Shown here in pieces: positions 11,188-22,021 of a DNA stretch of 64,000 nucleotides; within the stretch, counting starts at the first letter, position 1; the number at the start of each line of letters is the position of its first letter. The stretch covers positions 1,426,001 to 1,490,000 of the forward strand of contig OZ037846.1 in NCBI GenBank assembly GCA_964035575.1, given 5' to 3'. The position numbers were made by a program, and so were the translations under genes. Source of the stretch: Rhynchopus sp. YZ270_cl-10 (Eukaryota). Under the pieces are notes generated by a model, which was not told where the DNA came from, made no database searches, and saw nothing but the letters and a program-made list of their open reading frames with translations.

Positions 11188-12372
11188 ATGGAACTCAACA
11201 TCGAGGGATTTGGTGGTAAGACGTACGTCGTCGATGTGGATGTGGATGACACAGCGAAGCAGCTGCGGCAGAAGGTGGCAACTACAGCGGGGTTTGCTGA
11301 AGACGCCTTTGGCATGGACTTCGGAGGGAACGGCGAAGGAGAGGACTTCAACATCACAGCGCTGAGTGCTGGCGACACAGTCGTATTGACGCAGACGAAG
11401 CAGCAAGAGTCCATTGCAGCTCTTCGTGCATTGGGTGAGACAGACATCACACCAAAGAGACTTGCGAGTGTGGAAGACCCGAAGGTAGCGCAGTTGTTTC
11501 TGCAGGCAGAAGTTGTATCTGCGATTCCTCGCAAGTTCCTCGCAAGCACTAATTTACGCAGCCTTGATCTGAGTGCCCCGTTGGCTGTTACTGCGATTGA
11601 TGACTACTTCTTATCCGAGTGTACATCATTGGAATCAATTAACTTGTCTGGGTTGCGCAACGTCGCGACAATAGGTGCATACTTCCTGCAAGGCTGCACG
11701 TCATTGCGCACTTTTGAGCCATTCAACTTTGCAGGATTGAGCAGTGTCACAAGGGTTGGGGACAGCTTCTTATCATATTGCACGTCGTTAACTTCCATCG
11801 ACTTTGCAGGATTGAGCGGTGTCAGAAGCCTTGGGGACGGCTTCTTATCATGTTGCACGGCGTTAACCTCCATCAACTTTGCGGGATTGGGAGGTGTCAG
11901 AAGCCTTGGGAACTACTTCTTATCACGTTGCTGGGCGTTAATTTCGATCGATTTTGCAGGATTGAGCAGCGTCACAAGCGTTGGGGACTTCTTCTTATCA
12001 CGCTGCGGGGCGTTAATTTCAATCGACTTTGCAGGATTGAGCAGTGTCACAAGCGTTGGGGACTGCTTCTTATTTCGTTGCAGGGCGTTAATTTCAATCA
12101 ACTTTGCAGGATTGGGAAGCGCAACAAGGCTTGGGGGCAACTTCTTGTCAGATTGCACGGCGTTAACCTCCATCAACTTTGCAGGATTGGGAGGTGTCAC
12201 AAGCCTTGGGGACGGCTTCTTAAGACGTTGCACGGCGTTAACCTCCATCGACTTTGCAGGATTGAGTGGCGTGAGCCAAATTGGGACCAGGTTTACTGAA
12301 GGTTGCACTTCTTTAGAAAGACACAACGAGTACATGGAGTGGTGTTCGTCAAGAAGGAATCGGGATGCATGA
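11188..12372 (+). CDS. Ubl + BspA-type LRR protein, paralog 2 (394 aa, 7 repeats)
   Basis: N-terminal ~170 aa and C-cap are near-identical to paralog 1. The CDS is exactly 750 nt (10 x 75) shorter. Confidence 0.88.
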   Translation: MELNIEGFGGKTYVVDVDVDDTAKQLRQKVATTAGFAEDAFGMDFGGNGEGEDFNITALSAGDTVVLTQTKQQESIAALRALGETDITPKRLASVEDPKVAQLFLQAEVVSAIPRKFLASTNLRSLDLSAPLAVTAIDDYFLSECTSLESINLSGLRNVATIGAYFLQGCTSLRTFEPFNFAGLSSVTRVGDSFLSYCTSLTSIDFAGLSGVRSLGDGFLSCCTALTSINFAGLGGVRSLGNYFLSRCWALISIDFAGLSSVTSVGDFFLSRCGALISIDFAGLSSVTSVGDCFLFRCRALISINFAGLGSATRLGGNFLSDCTALTSINFAGLGGVTSLGDGFLRRCTALTSIDFAGLSGVSQIGTRFTEGCTSLERHNEYMEWCSSRRNRDA

Positions 12373-12881
12373 GCTGCGCAGTAGAGCACAACACTGCAAT
12401 GTTCTGTGGTGGTGTTTTGCACAAAGTGTTTTATGAAGAGTCGCTTCGGCAGAACCTGTCGTGAAGGGATTGTCATTGATATAATGTGTTCACATCGACC
12501 CAAAAGAGGTTTTGTTTTCTTATCAAGGGGCGGCCCGTGTTTTGTGTTCTTTATTTTTTCTGACTTTTTTATTTGAGAGATGAGACTCTATCTTTCTTAT
12601 TCTTCCCCCCGCTCCCCCTAGGCACGAGACGCTTCGGCTCATCTTATACAGTTTTCAGTGTTTTTCTTTACTGTATATAAAAGAAAAGGGCAATTCAATG
12701 GGAGAGCAAACAGGGTACTTCAGGGTGAAAAAGAAAACGAGGTCAATGTGTATACTGGTGTGAATGCTTTTCAATGCAACGTACCTTAAAGACAAAGAGA
12801 CACAACTTTTCTGCATATCTGTGCACAGTGCGGGTACATTATTCCTCTTACACCAACCAGAATATAGAGGGGTGTCCGACA

Positions 12882-14120
12882 ATGTCACGATCTTTCCCCA
12901 CCCGCATGCTGCTCGGTTGTGCACTTCTTTCGGCAGTGGTGTTTTGTGGTGTCGACGTTGCAATGCCACACACACCCGCACACATGCCCCCTCTCACCAC
13001 CCCGCCACCTCTACACAGCTTGGACATAGTGTCCCCGCTATTACCAGCGTCTCCAGCTCCGAAGAAGACGTGCCCAAAGCGGTACCTCTTTGTGAATACG
13101 CACACCTGGGGGCGCCATCACAACCAGCTGCAGTCGCTTCTGTTTGGGCTGATCTACGCAGATGTGAGCAACAGAACCTTCGTTGTGCCGGACTTCCGCC
13201 ACAACCACCGGTGGGTCCCTGCGGAGACGTTGTACTCCTTCGCACGGCTGAGGGAACGGTACTGCATCGTCTCGTTGGAGGAGCTGGACGCACCTGCCGT
13301 GCACAACAACGTACATTGTATCGGTGAAGGTATCGATAAAACCCGTCTAAAACGGTCGAAAGGAATCCGCTGCAAGCCCACCCCACCCCGCTTCTTCTCG
13401 CGCTTCGCCTTCAACACCGCCATCAGCTCCGCGCTCAAGGAAATGGCACGCAGCACTGCTACCCTCCTCTCCATCTCTGGACAGATCGCCTTCTTTCTCC
13501 GACCTGGGATCACATTGCTCCGCCCTGTTTATGAACTGCTTGACCCTTCTGCTGCAGTTGCAGACGAGGTGCAAAGATTTGGGAACATCTTGGGACATAA
13601 TCAATATTTGGGAGTCCATCTCCGCTCCAGAGAAGGGCAGTGCGGAGCAGAAGTGCATGCAGACTATGTAGACGAAGCAAGCAAGATGTACAATGTCAGT
13701 GAAGGTGTGGCAGCGGAGCTGGTGAAGCAGTGCAGTTTGCCGGAGGAGGTGTTGGAGCATGGGAAGGGGAGGAAAGTGTTCGTCGCGTCCGATCATCAGA
13801 ACGCAACGTTGGATGCGGTGTTTGCTGCAAAAGGTGCATTGGCGTACTCAGGCAGGTGGCATACAAAAGAGCTGGGCGGCCTGGAAGGTCTTGCCGTGGA
13901 CTACTTCACACTGCGTGCTGCGCACACCTTTGTCGGGAACACCATCAGCAGCGTCTCGCAGAACGTCTGCTACGCGCGCCTCGCGCGCCCCTTCGACACC
14001 GCCTGTGCAGGGTGGCGCTGCTCACTCATCGCATCCACACTGAGCGAGACCCCTTCCTACATGCTGCACCTTCAGGGGCAAGGGGTGCGCACCACCGGAA
14101 ATGGTCTTGTTTGTGAATGA
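12882..14120 (+). CDS. GDP-fucose O-fucosyltransferase-like glycosyltransferase (POFUT/O-FucT-like)
   Basis: N-terminal signal/anchor and Pro-rich stem, then GRHHNQL...NRTFVVPDF, YLGVHLR, VFVASD and AVDYFTLRAAHTFVGNTISSVS, matching O-fucosyltransferase motifs I-III. Confidence 0.8.
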   Translation: MSRSFPTRMLLGCALLSAVVFCGVDVAMPHTPAHMPPLTTPPPLHSLDIVSPLLPASPAPKKTCPKRYLFVNTHTWGRHHNQLQSLLFGLIYADVSNRTFVVPDFRHNHRWVPAETLYSFARLRERYCIVSLEELDAPAVHNNVHCIGEGIDKTRLKRSKGIRCKPTPPRFFSRFAFNTAISSALKEMARSTATLLSISGQIAFFLRPGITLLRPVYELLDPSAAVADEVQRFGNILGHNQYLGVHLRSREGQCGAEVHADYVDEASKMYNVSEGVAAELVKQCSLPEEVLEHGKGRKVFVASDHQNATLDAVFAAKGALAYSGRWHTKELGGLEGLAVDYFTLRAAHTFVGNTISSVSQNVCYARLARPFDTACAGWRCSLIASTLSETPSYMLHLQGQGVRTTGNGLVCE

Positions 14121-14140
14121 GATGGGCCACACAAAAGTTA

Positions 14141-14193
14141 TAGTGGAGCACACTCTAGGGTGGCTACACTAATACAACCAAGTTTTCAAAAAA
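14141..14193. repeat. ~53-bp dispersed hairpin mini-element
   Basis: TAGTGGAGCACACTCTAGGGTGGCTACACTAATACAACCAAGTTTTCAAAAAA. Copies at 37124-37176 and 42412-42466; variants at 21711-21763 (reverse) and 10126-10155 (partial). Confidence 0.85.
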
Positions 14194-14839
14194 GGGTTCT
14201 TTCACCTCAAAAAGAAATTCTATAGTGCAAAAAGTTGTGTGGACGTAGCAAAGCAAGAGACGGTGCATAGGGGATCTGGTGAAGTCAGACATTGCAGTGT
14301 GACTGCGGAGGGGGGGTGGAGGGAAAAGGTTGTTTTTCGTTGCGACGGTGAGTTCAAGGCAAGACACATTTGGTGCCTTTGGGTTCTGAGTTATTAATCC
14401 AAAAAATAAAGCATTTTTTTTACACTTTTTTGTCTTCGGTACAATGATAGAATAATTTAAAACGGGGTAAAATCTTTTCGCTTTGAACCTCATAATGTCC
14501 CCCCGATTATAACCCACACAGTACTTGATGCCCGCGCTGTAGTATTGTACATACAGCTGGCGCAGCTGTCATCATTTTTTGTGCACTTTGCAATGATGGT
14601 GTTTACTCGTCACCCACCTCCACCCCCTTTTTTTTTTTGGCGCTGTGCCTAGGTGACAGACGAAGTTCACTAGACACGTTTCTTCTGTGATATCCCCATC
14701 CCATCCCTCCTAGAAGTGATGTTTGATGAAGCCTCTTTGCACCCTTTTTTTGTGTCCTCAGATGGTTGTGCACATAGTGTAGCCAATTTTCCACCCACCT
14801 ACCCACCCACCCACCAGTAGGTAGAACGCCCATTCCGCT

Positions 14840-17293
14840 ATGAATCGGGACAGACATGCACCCAGTGGTGCCCGCATGAGTGAGCGTGAGATGCGCGAGT
14901 TGCAGTTCCTTCGTGAGATGCTCAAGGGTGGCAGAGAACGCGACTACGCCGAGCCCCGCCGTGACCAGAGAGGACCTGGCCGGGGTGACGACAGGTTCTC
15001 CGACAGGTACGACCGACGTGGAGGACGTGACGACCGCGGCATGCGTGAGGACCGATTCGGACGCGGCCCACGTGACGACAGAGCGGACCCTCGTGATCGC
15101 GTTGACCGTTACGACCGCTCTGGCCCTTCTCACTTCAGAGACATCCGTGATCAACCAAGCGGCTTCTCAAGGCGCGACCCTGTGTTGCCCGATTACAGAG
15201 AACGTAACCGCCGCCCGTTGAGCCAGGACCGTTTCATTAGCCCACGCGATAGTGCGCGCCGTGGTGATCCACGTGGTGATCCACGTGGCGAGCCGCAGCC
15301 CGTGAGCAACTTCCGTGACTATGACGACGGACCTGACGTACCACTCGACGGACCACCTGATGCACCACAACATACACGTCCAGAATCCGGACGCGGCGAC
15401 ATTCGTGACAGGCTAAAAGGGTCCCGCGACCCTCGCGACATTGCCCGTGATGCTGCCGCACGCGATGCTATGCGTCACGTCAACCCACGTGACTCCGACA
15501 CTATCCCAGGTGACGGATTCCGCGAAGTGCGCCCTGCAAAGGAGAACGGCAGTAAGGAATACAGGCCACAGCGCACAGACAAGACGATGAAGCGGCCTGA
15601 CGGCACCACCATCCCGACCGTGGTGCCTCCACTCAGCAGAGACGACTACAAGCAGGAGCAGAAGACTGAGAGCGAGGTAGGACGCTTCTTCGAAGAAAAC
15701 AGCAACAACTTCGTGCAGGTCTTCTACATCCTGCCGGCCAACGTGGAGAAGCTGGTGGGGAGAACCAACGCACAGATCCACCTACTGGAGCGGAAGTACA
15801 GTGTGGCGTTGAGTACGCATGCGACGGGGCGTGTCGTGGTGCGGGCACGTCGTTTGACGAACGTTGAGTCTTGCAGTGCCGAAGTGCGCCGCATCACGAC
15901 GCTGTGGGAAGATCACGACAGCACCGACAAATGGCTCGAGGTGACGGATCAGGTGACGCTCGACCTGGAGCGCAACAGCTGCCGCTATATGTACGACATC
16001 TCTCGCATCTCGGAGTGCAAGATCGACATCACCCGCCGCAAGACCGGCAACACCCTGCGCATGAGCGGCACCCCCGAAGCACGCGCCGCAGGCATTTCCG
16101 AGCTCCGAGAGTTCGTCGCGCAGTCTGCAACCAACGTCAATCAGACATTCATGTTCCCTCTGGACGCGCTGGACCGCTTCATCGGACAACGTGGTCGCAA
16201 CCTGGCCTCCTTCGAGAGAGAGACTGAGTGCGCTGTCAACACACGCAACGCAAAATCCGAGAGTGTTGGCGACCTGGGCCCTCTCGTTTTAACCGCACCG
16301 GTCGCGGTCATTGCGAAGGCTAAAGAGAAGATCTACGCACAGCTCAAGGCATGGAAGTACGATCTGCCGAAGCAGCCGGGCTCCGAGGAGGGTGATCTCG
16401 ACGTTCTTGGGGCGCCACATGGCCTGACTTTGACACGCTTCGAAAAGGATACGGACATGATCAGTGCAGAAGAGGCGCAACGTGCACTGCGCTACAGCTA
16501 CCTCCGTCACATCGTGCACGCTGAGAACTGGGAAGACCCCTCTGCCGAGACACTCAAAAAGTGCGATGAACTTGTCGCGCACATCGAAGAGCTGATGATC
16601 GCGGCAAGCTACAAACCGTTCAGAATCCGCATGGTGGGCGAGTGGATGCTTGGCGTCGCAGATAAGGAGACACCAGTGAACATGGTTGTTGTGCAGTCGA
16701 AGAAGCTCCGAGAGATGGCGCCCTCAATGCAGGCAGAAATCCTTGCGAAGCTGCAGCAGGTTCTGGCAAAGGACGGCTTCACCTCCGTTGACATCGTCGG
16801 TCTGTACAACAGCATCTTCCTCCGGAAGCGTGGCGGCGACGTGACGGCAGCCTCCCTCAACGCACAGTTCAACTTCGACATCTCCTGCAACGCTGCCCAC
16901 GAACAGCAGCTCTGCGCGCTTCTGCAGGCGTACGTCCAGCAGTCCCCCGCCGTCCGTGGAATGATGTGGGTGCTGAGCAGCTTCTTCAAGTCCCTCCCGC
17001 TTGCTGTGTGCTCTACTAAGGTCAAGACCGCACTCAGGCTTGAGACCATCGGAGTCATGGTCATCCGCTTCCTTCTCGACAGTTCTGAGCTCAAATGGAT
17101 CGACCCAACCTCTGGCCCCATCACCGCTGCACGCGAAAAGCGCCCCAGCGAATGTGAATGGGAACCCATGACCGACATTTCACAGTACAAAAGCCAGGTG
17201 CAGGCCTTCATGAAGTTCTATACGTTTGGATTCGACTTCGAAACACATCAGGTCAGCATTACCCAGGCACAGTCGAGCGAACGTGACGAGAAG
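14840..17293 (+). CDS. RD-rich low-complexity + three KH domains + degenerate TUTase/non-canonical poly(A) polymerase-like domain (large first exon; 3' end uncertain)
   Basis: KH-like units LPANVEKLVGRTNAQIHLLERKYSV, DISRISECKIDI...LRMSGTPEA and FIGQRGRNLASFERETECAV. NTase-like segments MVGEWMLGVADKETPVNMVVV, FDISCN and FMKFYTFGFDFETHQVSI. Probable donor AAG|GTATGT at 17293/17294; unspliced stop at 17335. Confidence 0.75.
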
Positions 17294-19013
17294 GTATGTC
17301 CCTGCCTTTCTGCAACACCCCGTGGGGGGCAATAACACAAACTGAGCGCCCAAAGGCTCAGGGTACCAACGTTGCTTTGCATGGCTCCGTTGAGGTGTCA
17401 GCATTGCTAAGAATTCAAAGTACTTAAGTTAGATCATCTTATAAACTTTTCTTTTGTCCTCCCCCACCTCCCCCGGTATGGATGCGTGTGTTGTGCTGTT
17501 TAGTTGTTGTGTTGTGTGTGGTTTGTACACTTCTTCAACTTCCATCGGCTTCTTCGTCCTCTTCATCCTCCTCTGCGATGATGGTGCGTACTCTGCTGAT
17601 GGCATGGCCCCTCGAGTCAATCCGAAGTGTGCAAGACTCAATTGAGTTGTTTCCTTTGGTTGGCCAGCAATGAGGAAATGCAGCGAGAATAGGGGTGGAG
17701 AGGGGGGCATCGTTCGACATAGCATCGTGAGGCTCACTGCATGTTCTGCTGACTGTGGCGGGGTGCTTTAGGGGCGTGCTTTGTACAGTGGAACAGGACG
17801 TTATTGGCCGATCCAAATCTCAAAAGCTGTTGTTTGGTGGCCACCACCCAAGAGTGATATTGGCAAGATCCCTCCCCCCAAGGGGCGGGTATCGGGTCAT
17901 CTTATGTGCTCTGCCGACGTGCTGTATCAAACCCGTTTGGAGCAAAGGACAACTGTCACTCCGAAGTTGAGAACAACCGTGGATGAACGCAAGCCCAGTG
18001 ACACAAAGGCTCATTGCGTAATAGCAGAAATGCAACGAGTGGATCGCTTCCTCTTTCCTTGCTTCTGTTTTTGATGTTGACGGAGGAATTCGTGTGGCTA
18101 ACACGCGTTGCGCTGTTACTGAGTTTTCACCTCGTGGCCATTTCGGACACGACATGGCAAAACACGCACTGAATTGCGACAACGAAGCAAAAAAGGCTGG
18201 CAGGCTACACTGCGTCACTTCGAGTTGCTATAGCCATAGCAGATGTGGTATGCCCATTCATATAGGGCAGACACAGAAAAACAGAGTGCCACTGCCGTCC
18301 GCAGCATTTCAGCATTTCAGCATTTCAGCACAGAACCACAGAACCTTCACCACGCCTTCCAAGCCTGCGACGCCACACGACAACGGAGACCCATATCCTG
18401 CTTGCGTCAGTCTTTTGAGCCGCGAGATTCACAAGAACAACAAAACTACACCCCGCTGTTGGTCCGAGCAGTGCGGATGTCGGGAGGCTGCTGGATTAAG
18501 GCTTCGAAGCCTTGGGAGTACACCCCTGGGTTGCACTGCGTCGGGTACGAATCATCATCACCATCACCATCACCATCACCACCCACATCTCCTCAAGCAC
18601 GGTGCGCTGATCTTACACAGCTGTAGCTGTATGCCATAACAGAAGGGGATGTACGCTTAGAGTAACAACTGTCGTGCGTTTGCCCTATCAAGCGTCTCTT
18701 CATCAACTGCGTTCGCGCAACGAGGCACCTGCTGCTGTGTGCAGAAGACGTCAATCAATATACAGTTACCAATACCGAACCGAACCATCGCAGCACTCTC
18801 AAGGGCACGGAACAGATGTTTTTTTTCCAACAAATTGTTCAAAAAAAAAAGATCATCCCGAAGAAAAAAAAATTACTCACCACAGGAGAAATCGCTTGTT
18901 GTTCGCAACCCGTTCGCGCCTAAGGACAACCTTGCCCCTCTCGGGGGTAAAGAGGTATGGGAAACGCTCTCTCTCTCTCTCTCACCCCCTTTTTCTCCAT
19001 TCAACATTTGCAG

Positions 19014-19376
19014 TATTCGGACTTCCTATTGTTGATGTGCACTGTGTCGGAGTTGGATGAGGAGATGGAGTCAAAAGACGAGACAGCGTTGGCGGCACTT
19101 GACGCGGAGAACTCAAGGCTGCGTGCTGCTGCGCGCGCACGCATGGCAATTGCTGAGGAGGAGGCAGCTCAACGTGAAGCCTGTGAGAAGGACGAAGACA
19201 TGTCATTCGCTCTGGTGTCAGTCGGCGAGGACGACATGGTGATGGCTGACATCGACGCCGAGGACGACGATGATGAGAACACAAGCTGCAGCTTCGCCAA
19301 CGGCCAGCAAGCCGGCACACAAGAGACAGGGCCCCTTCCCGATGACGACGATGACGAGGAATCCTTCATGCATTAA
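19014..19376 (+). CDS. Acidic/coiled-coil terminal exon of uncertain parent gene
   Basis: Polypyrimidine tract plus CAG acceptor at 19011-19013, then a GC-rich frame ending DDDDDEESFMH-stop. Phase 0 is compatible with the 17293 donor. Confidence 0.45.
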   Translation, partial: YSDFLLLMCTVSELDEEMESKDETALAALDAENSRLRAAARARMAIAEEEAAQREACEKDEDMSFALVSVGEDDMVMADIDAEDDDDENTSCSFANGQQAGTQETGPLPDDDDDEESFMH

Positions 19377-22021
19377 AAATAAAACTTCAAAAAATAAAAA
19401 TGCGGGGGGGAGGTGGCGCGCGACTCTGTTCACAGATCATGCATTGTATAGTGAAGTGGTAAAGTCAACGAATGAATCATGTGAGGTGTTTTTTTTTCAA
19501 CACCCAAAAATCTAAGAAAGAAAACAAAAAAAGGGATTTTTTACATAAAAACCCCGTCTTAATTAACCAATGCGCTGGGTTGGGTCTATCTGCGATGGGG
19601 GGGGAGGGGGAGGGGTTAAATACACGACGGGTGAAGTATGTTACATTACAAGTGAAGTTACTCGTAACGTTACAAGTAACAAAAGTTACTTGTAACGTAA
19701 CACCACATGTAACATTCGTTACTTCACCATCGTATAGCGATACCTATGTATCGTCGTCGCACAAAAAAACAAAAAGAGAAAGAAAGTGGAGATTTGCACA
19801 ACTGTGGCAACACAACCCGAGGCAACTGCACTACAACAATTTATCAAAAAAAGCAAAAAAAAAAAACTAGCTTCATATCAAAGCCATTCAAACCCATAGC
19901 CTTATCTGCACCTTTTAGGGGGGTATTTAGGTTATCGAGGCTGTAGGGCGCAATGGAGTAATGTGCCCCATATACCCCCACCCCCCTCCTCTCGAAGACC
20001 AACCCATTTCAATACTGGTGTTGGAGTGGGAAAGTCTGATAGTGTGTTGTGTGAAAGGGAAGAAAAAGCAAAATCGGTTCTGGTGTACTATAAGCTTCGG
20101 TGATGATGTCCATGTTATGTGTCGTGCAAAATTCGTGTTGTTGAAACAAGATAAAATAATAAGCTCGCGTTTCTTTTATCGAACAGATTTTTTTCTCCGC
20201 CCCGTACCCAAAAACGTAAACACCACTTTGAATCAGAAAAAAATATTTTCCTCTTCTTTTTTCTTCCACACGCGCTGGTTTTTGTCTTTCGCTAATTTTT
20301 ATCAAAAAAACCTTCCCTAGGCTCGCGTGCGAAACCTTTCTCCATGTATTGCACGGGAAACAATATGTGGTTCCGTGCATATCATAGAACCCAGCACCTT
20401 GTGTGTCTCCCAAAAACCAAAAGCGTTGTGTGTGAAGTTTTGAAGGAAGGAAAAATAAAACTTTATGTGCTGTTGGATGGCGGCGTATTGGGGGTGGAGA
20501 GGATTTTTTTATTTTATTTTATTTTATTTTTGCGACGAAGCGGTACCGCGAACGGTTAGGAAATAACATAAAAACCGTAAATGATCAGGCTCTTTCGGAT
20601 AGAAATGATTGGACATAGTGTGTCAAATGAAAAGCCACTTTTAGTGAAAATTTCGAGAAAAAAGGTTTTATTTTTGGTGCAGGCTTCCCCGTTATGCGTT
20701 GTTGATATTTTGACACTGCGCACAACTCATTTGTTACCAAGCTTATGTTTCGAGTCAGGCCAGCTCATTTTGCACGCGGGAGAGAGCTGCCACATCCAGG
20801 GGTGAGATGTGCTGCCTGTTAATGACTTCTCTCGGATCTCCATTTGCCCTTCGCGGTTAGCCCCAAAAAGGGAAGACACCCAGCCAGGTAGAGAATGCCC
20901 CCTCCACCCCCACCCCCACCCACAGCTGAGAATAAGCCGGGTCCCCGGTCCAGGTCCCGGTCCCAGTCCGGCTGAGAATAAGCCAGGTACCCGCCAGTCT
21001 TTTTCTCAGCTGCGCCTCCACACCCCCTCTACACTGTCCGCGTAGATCCCCCCCACTTCGTAAGGAGTCATCTGATGCCAGGCAAGTCGCTCCCCCAAAG
21101 CGATGCACGAGCCAATGATTTCCATTAGGGTCCCCACTATGCTTCCACGGTAACAACAGTGCAACGTCATAATTCAAAAAAATATATCATTAGCTTTGGC
21201 CGTTAAAAAAGGGGGGGTATAAAAGAGGTTGCGTGATTCGCGCTTTTTTGGTACGCTGTCTTGAGAGGGCTTTGCGTGTAAGTCATTTTTTTTTTTAAAA
21301 CTTTTTTATCATAACTTTTGGCTGTACCCAACCAACCCAAAAGAATACGTGTGTGCGTTTTACTACCTCCGTTTGTTCTGTCTTTATTGTCTTTATTATT
21401 TTTGTGGGGGGAGGAAACACAAAAAAGGAAAAGTCGGAGTGCGGTGTCCAGGGTACGCGCCATGTCGGGGAAATGAAAAAGGCGCAATTCTTCGGAGTGA
21501 CATGAGTCTCACCGTTCCCCTCATTCCCTCCCCCCCTTTTTTTTTGTGCTCCACCTCTCCCCCCGTACTTCAGGACGCGGGTTTTCGGGGTGTTTCGGGT
21601 CTTTTGGGGTTTAAAAAAAAAAATGGATGTATGTGAATCAACAAACGACTAATAAAGAATGGTGGGGTCTTTCATTTTCATATTCAATTTACCCCTCCCC
21701 TTCCCCTTCTTTTTTTGAAAACTTGGTTGTATTAGTGTAGACACCCGAGGATGAACTCCACTATATTTTTTTCTCTTCAGTGCCCGCCGATATTCCCCCG
21801 ATGGTTGGGTGTCCACTGTCATGTACCAAGGTACACTGTCACGAGAGGGGCTTTTGTATTTCAACTCTTTTGTTATAGGTAAAAACGCAGTTGACAGGGG
21901 AAAATGCTGCGGTCGCTCTAACTGTATTTTCCACCCTCATTTTGTGCTCCTCCTCACACATCACCATCCACCTTGCAGATATTCTTGATATTTACACATT
22001 TACACATAAGAACTCTTAACT

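Noticed and set aside
17430..18640. Coding-like patches, including a poly-His ORF
   Set aside because: Short frames with stops and no recognisable motif; probably decayed element or gene debris.
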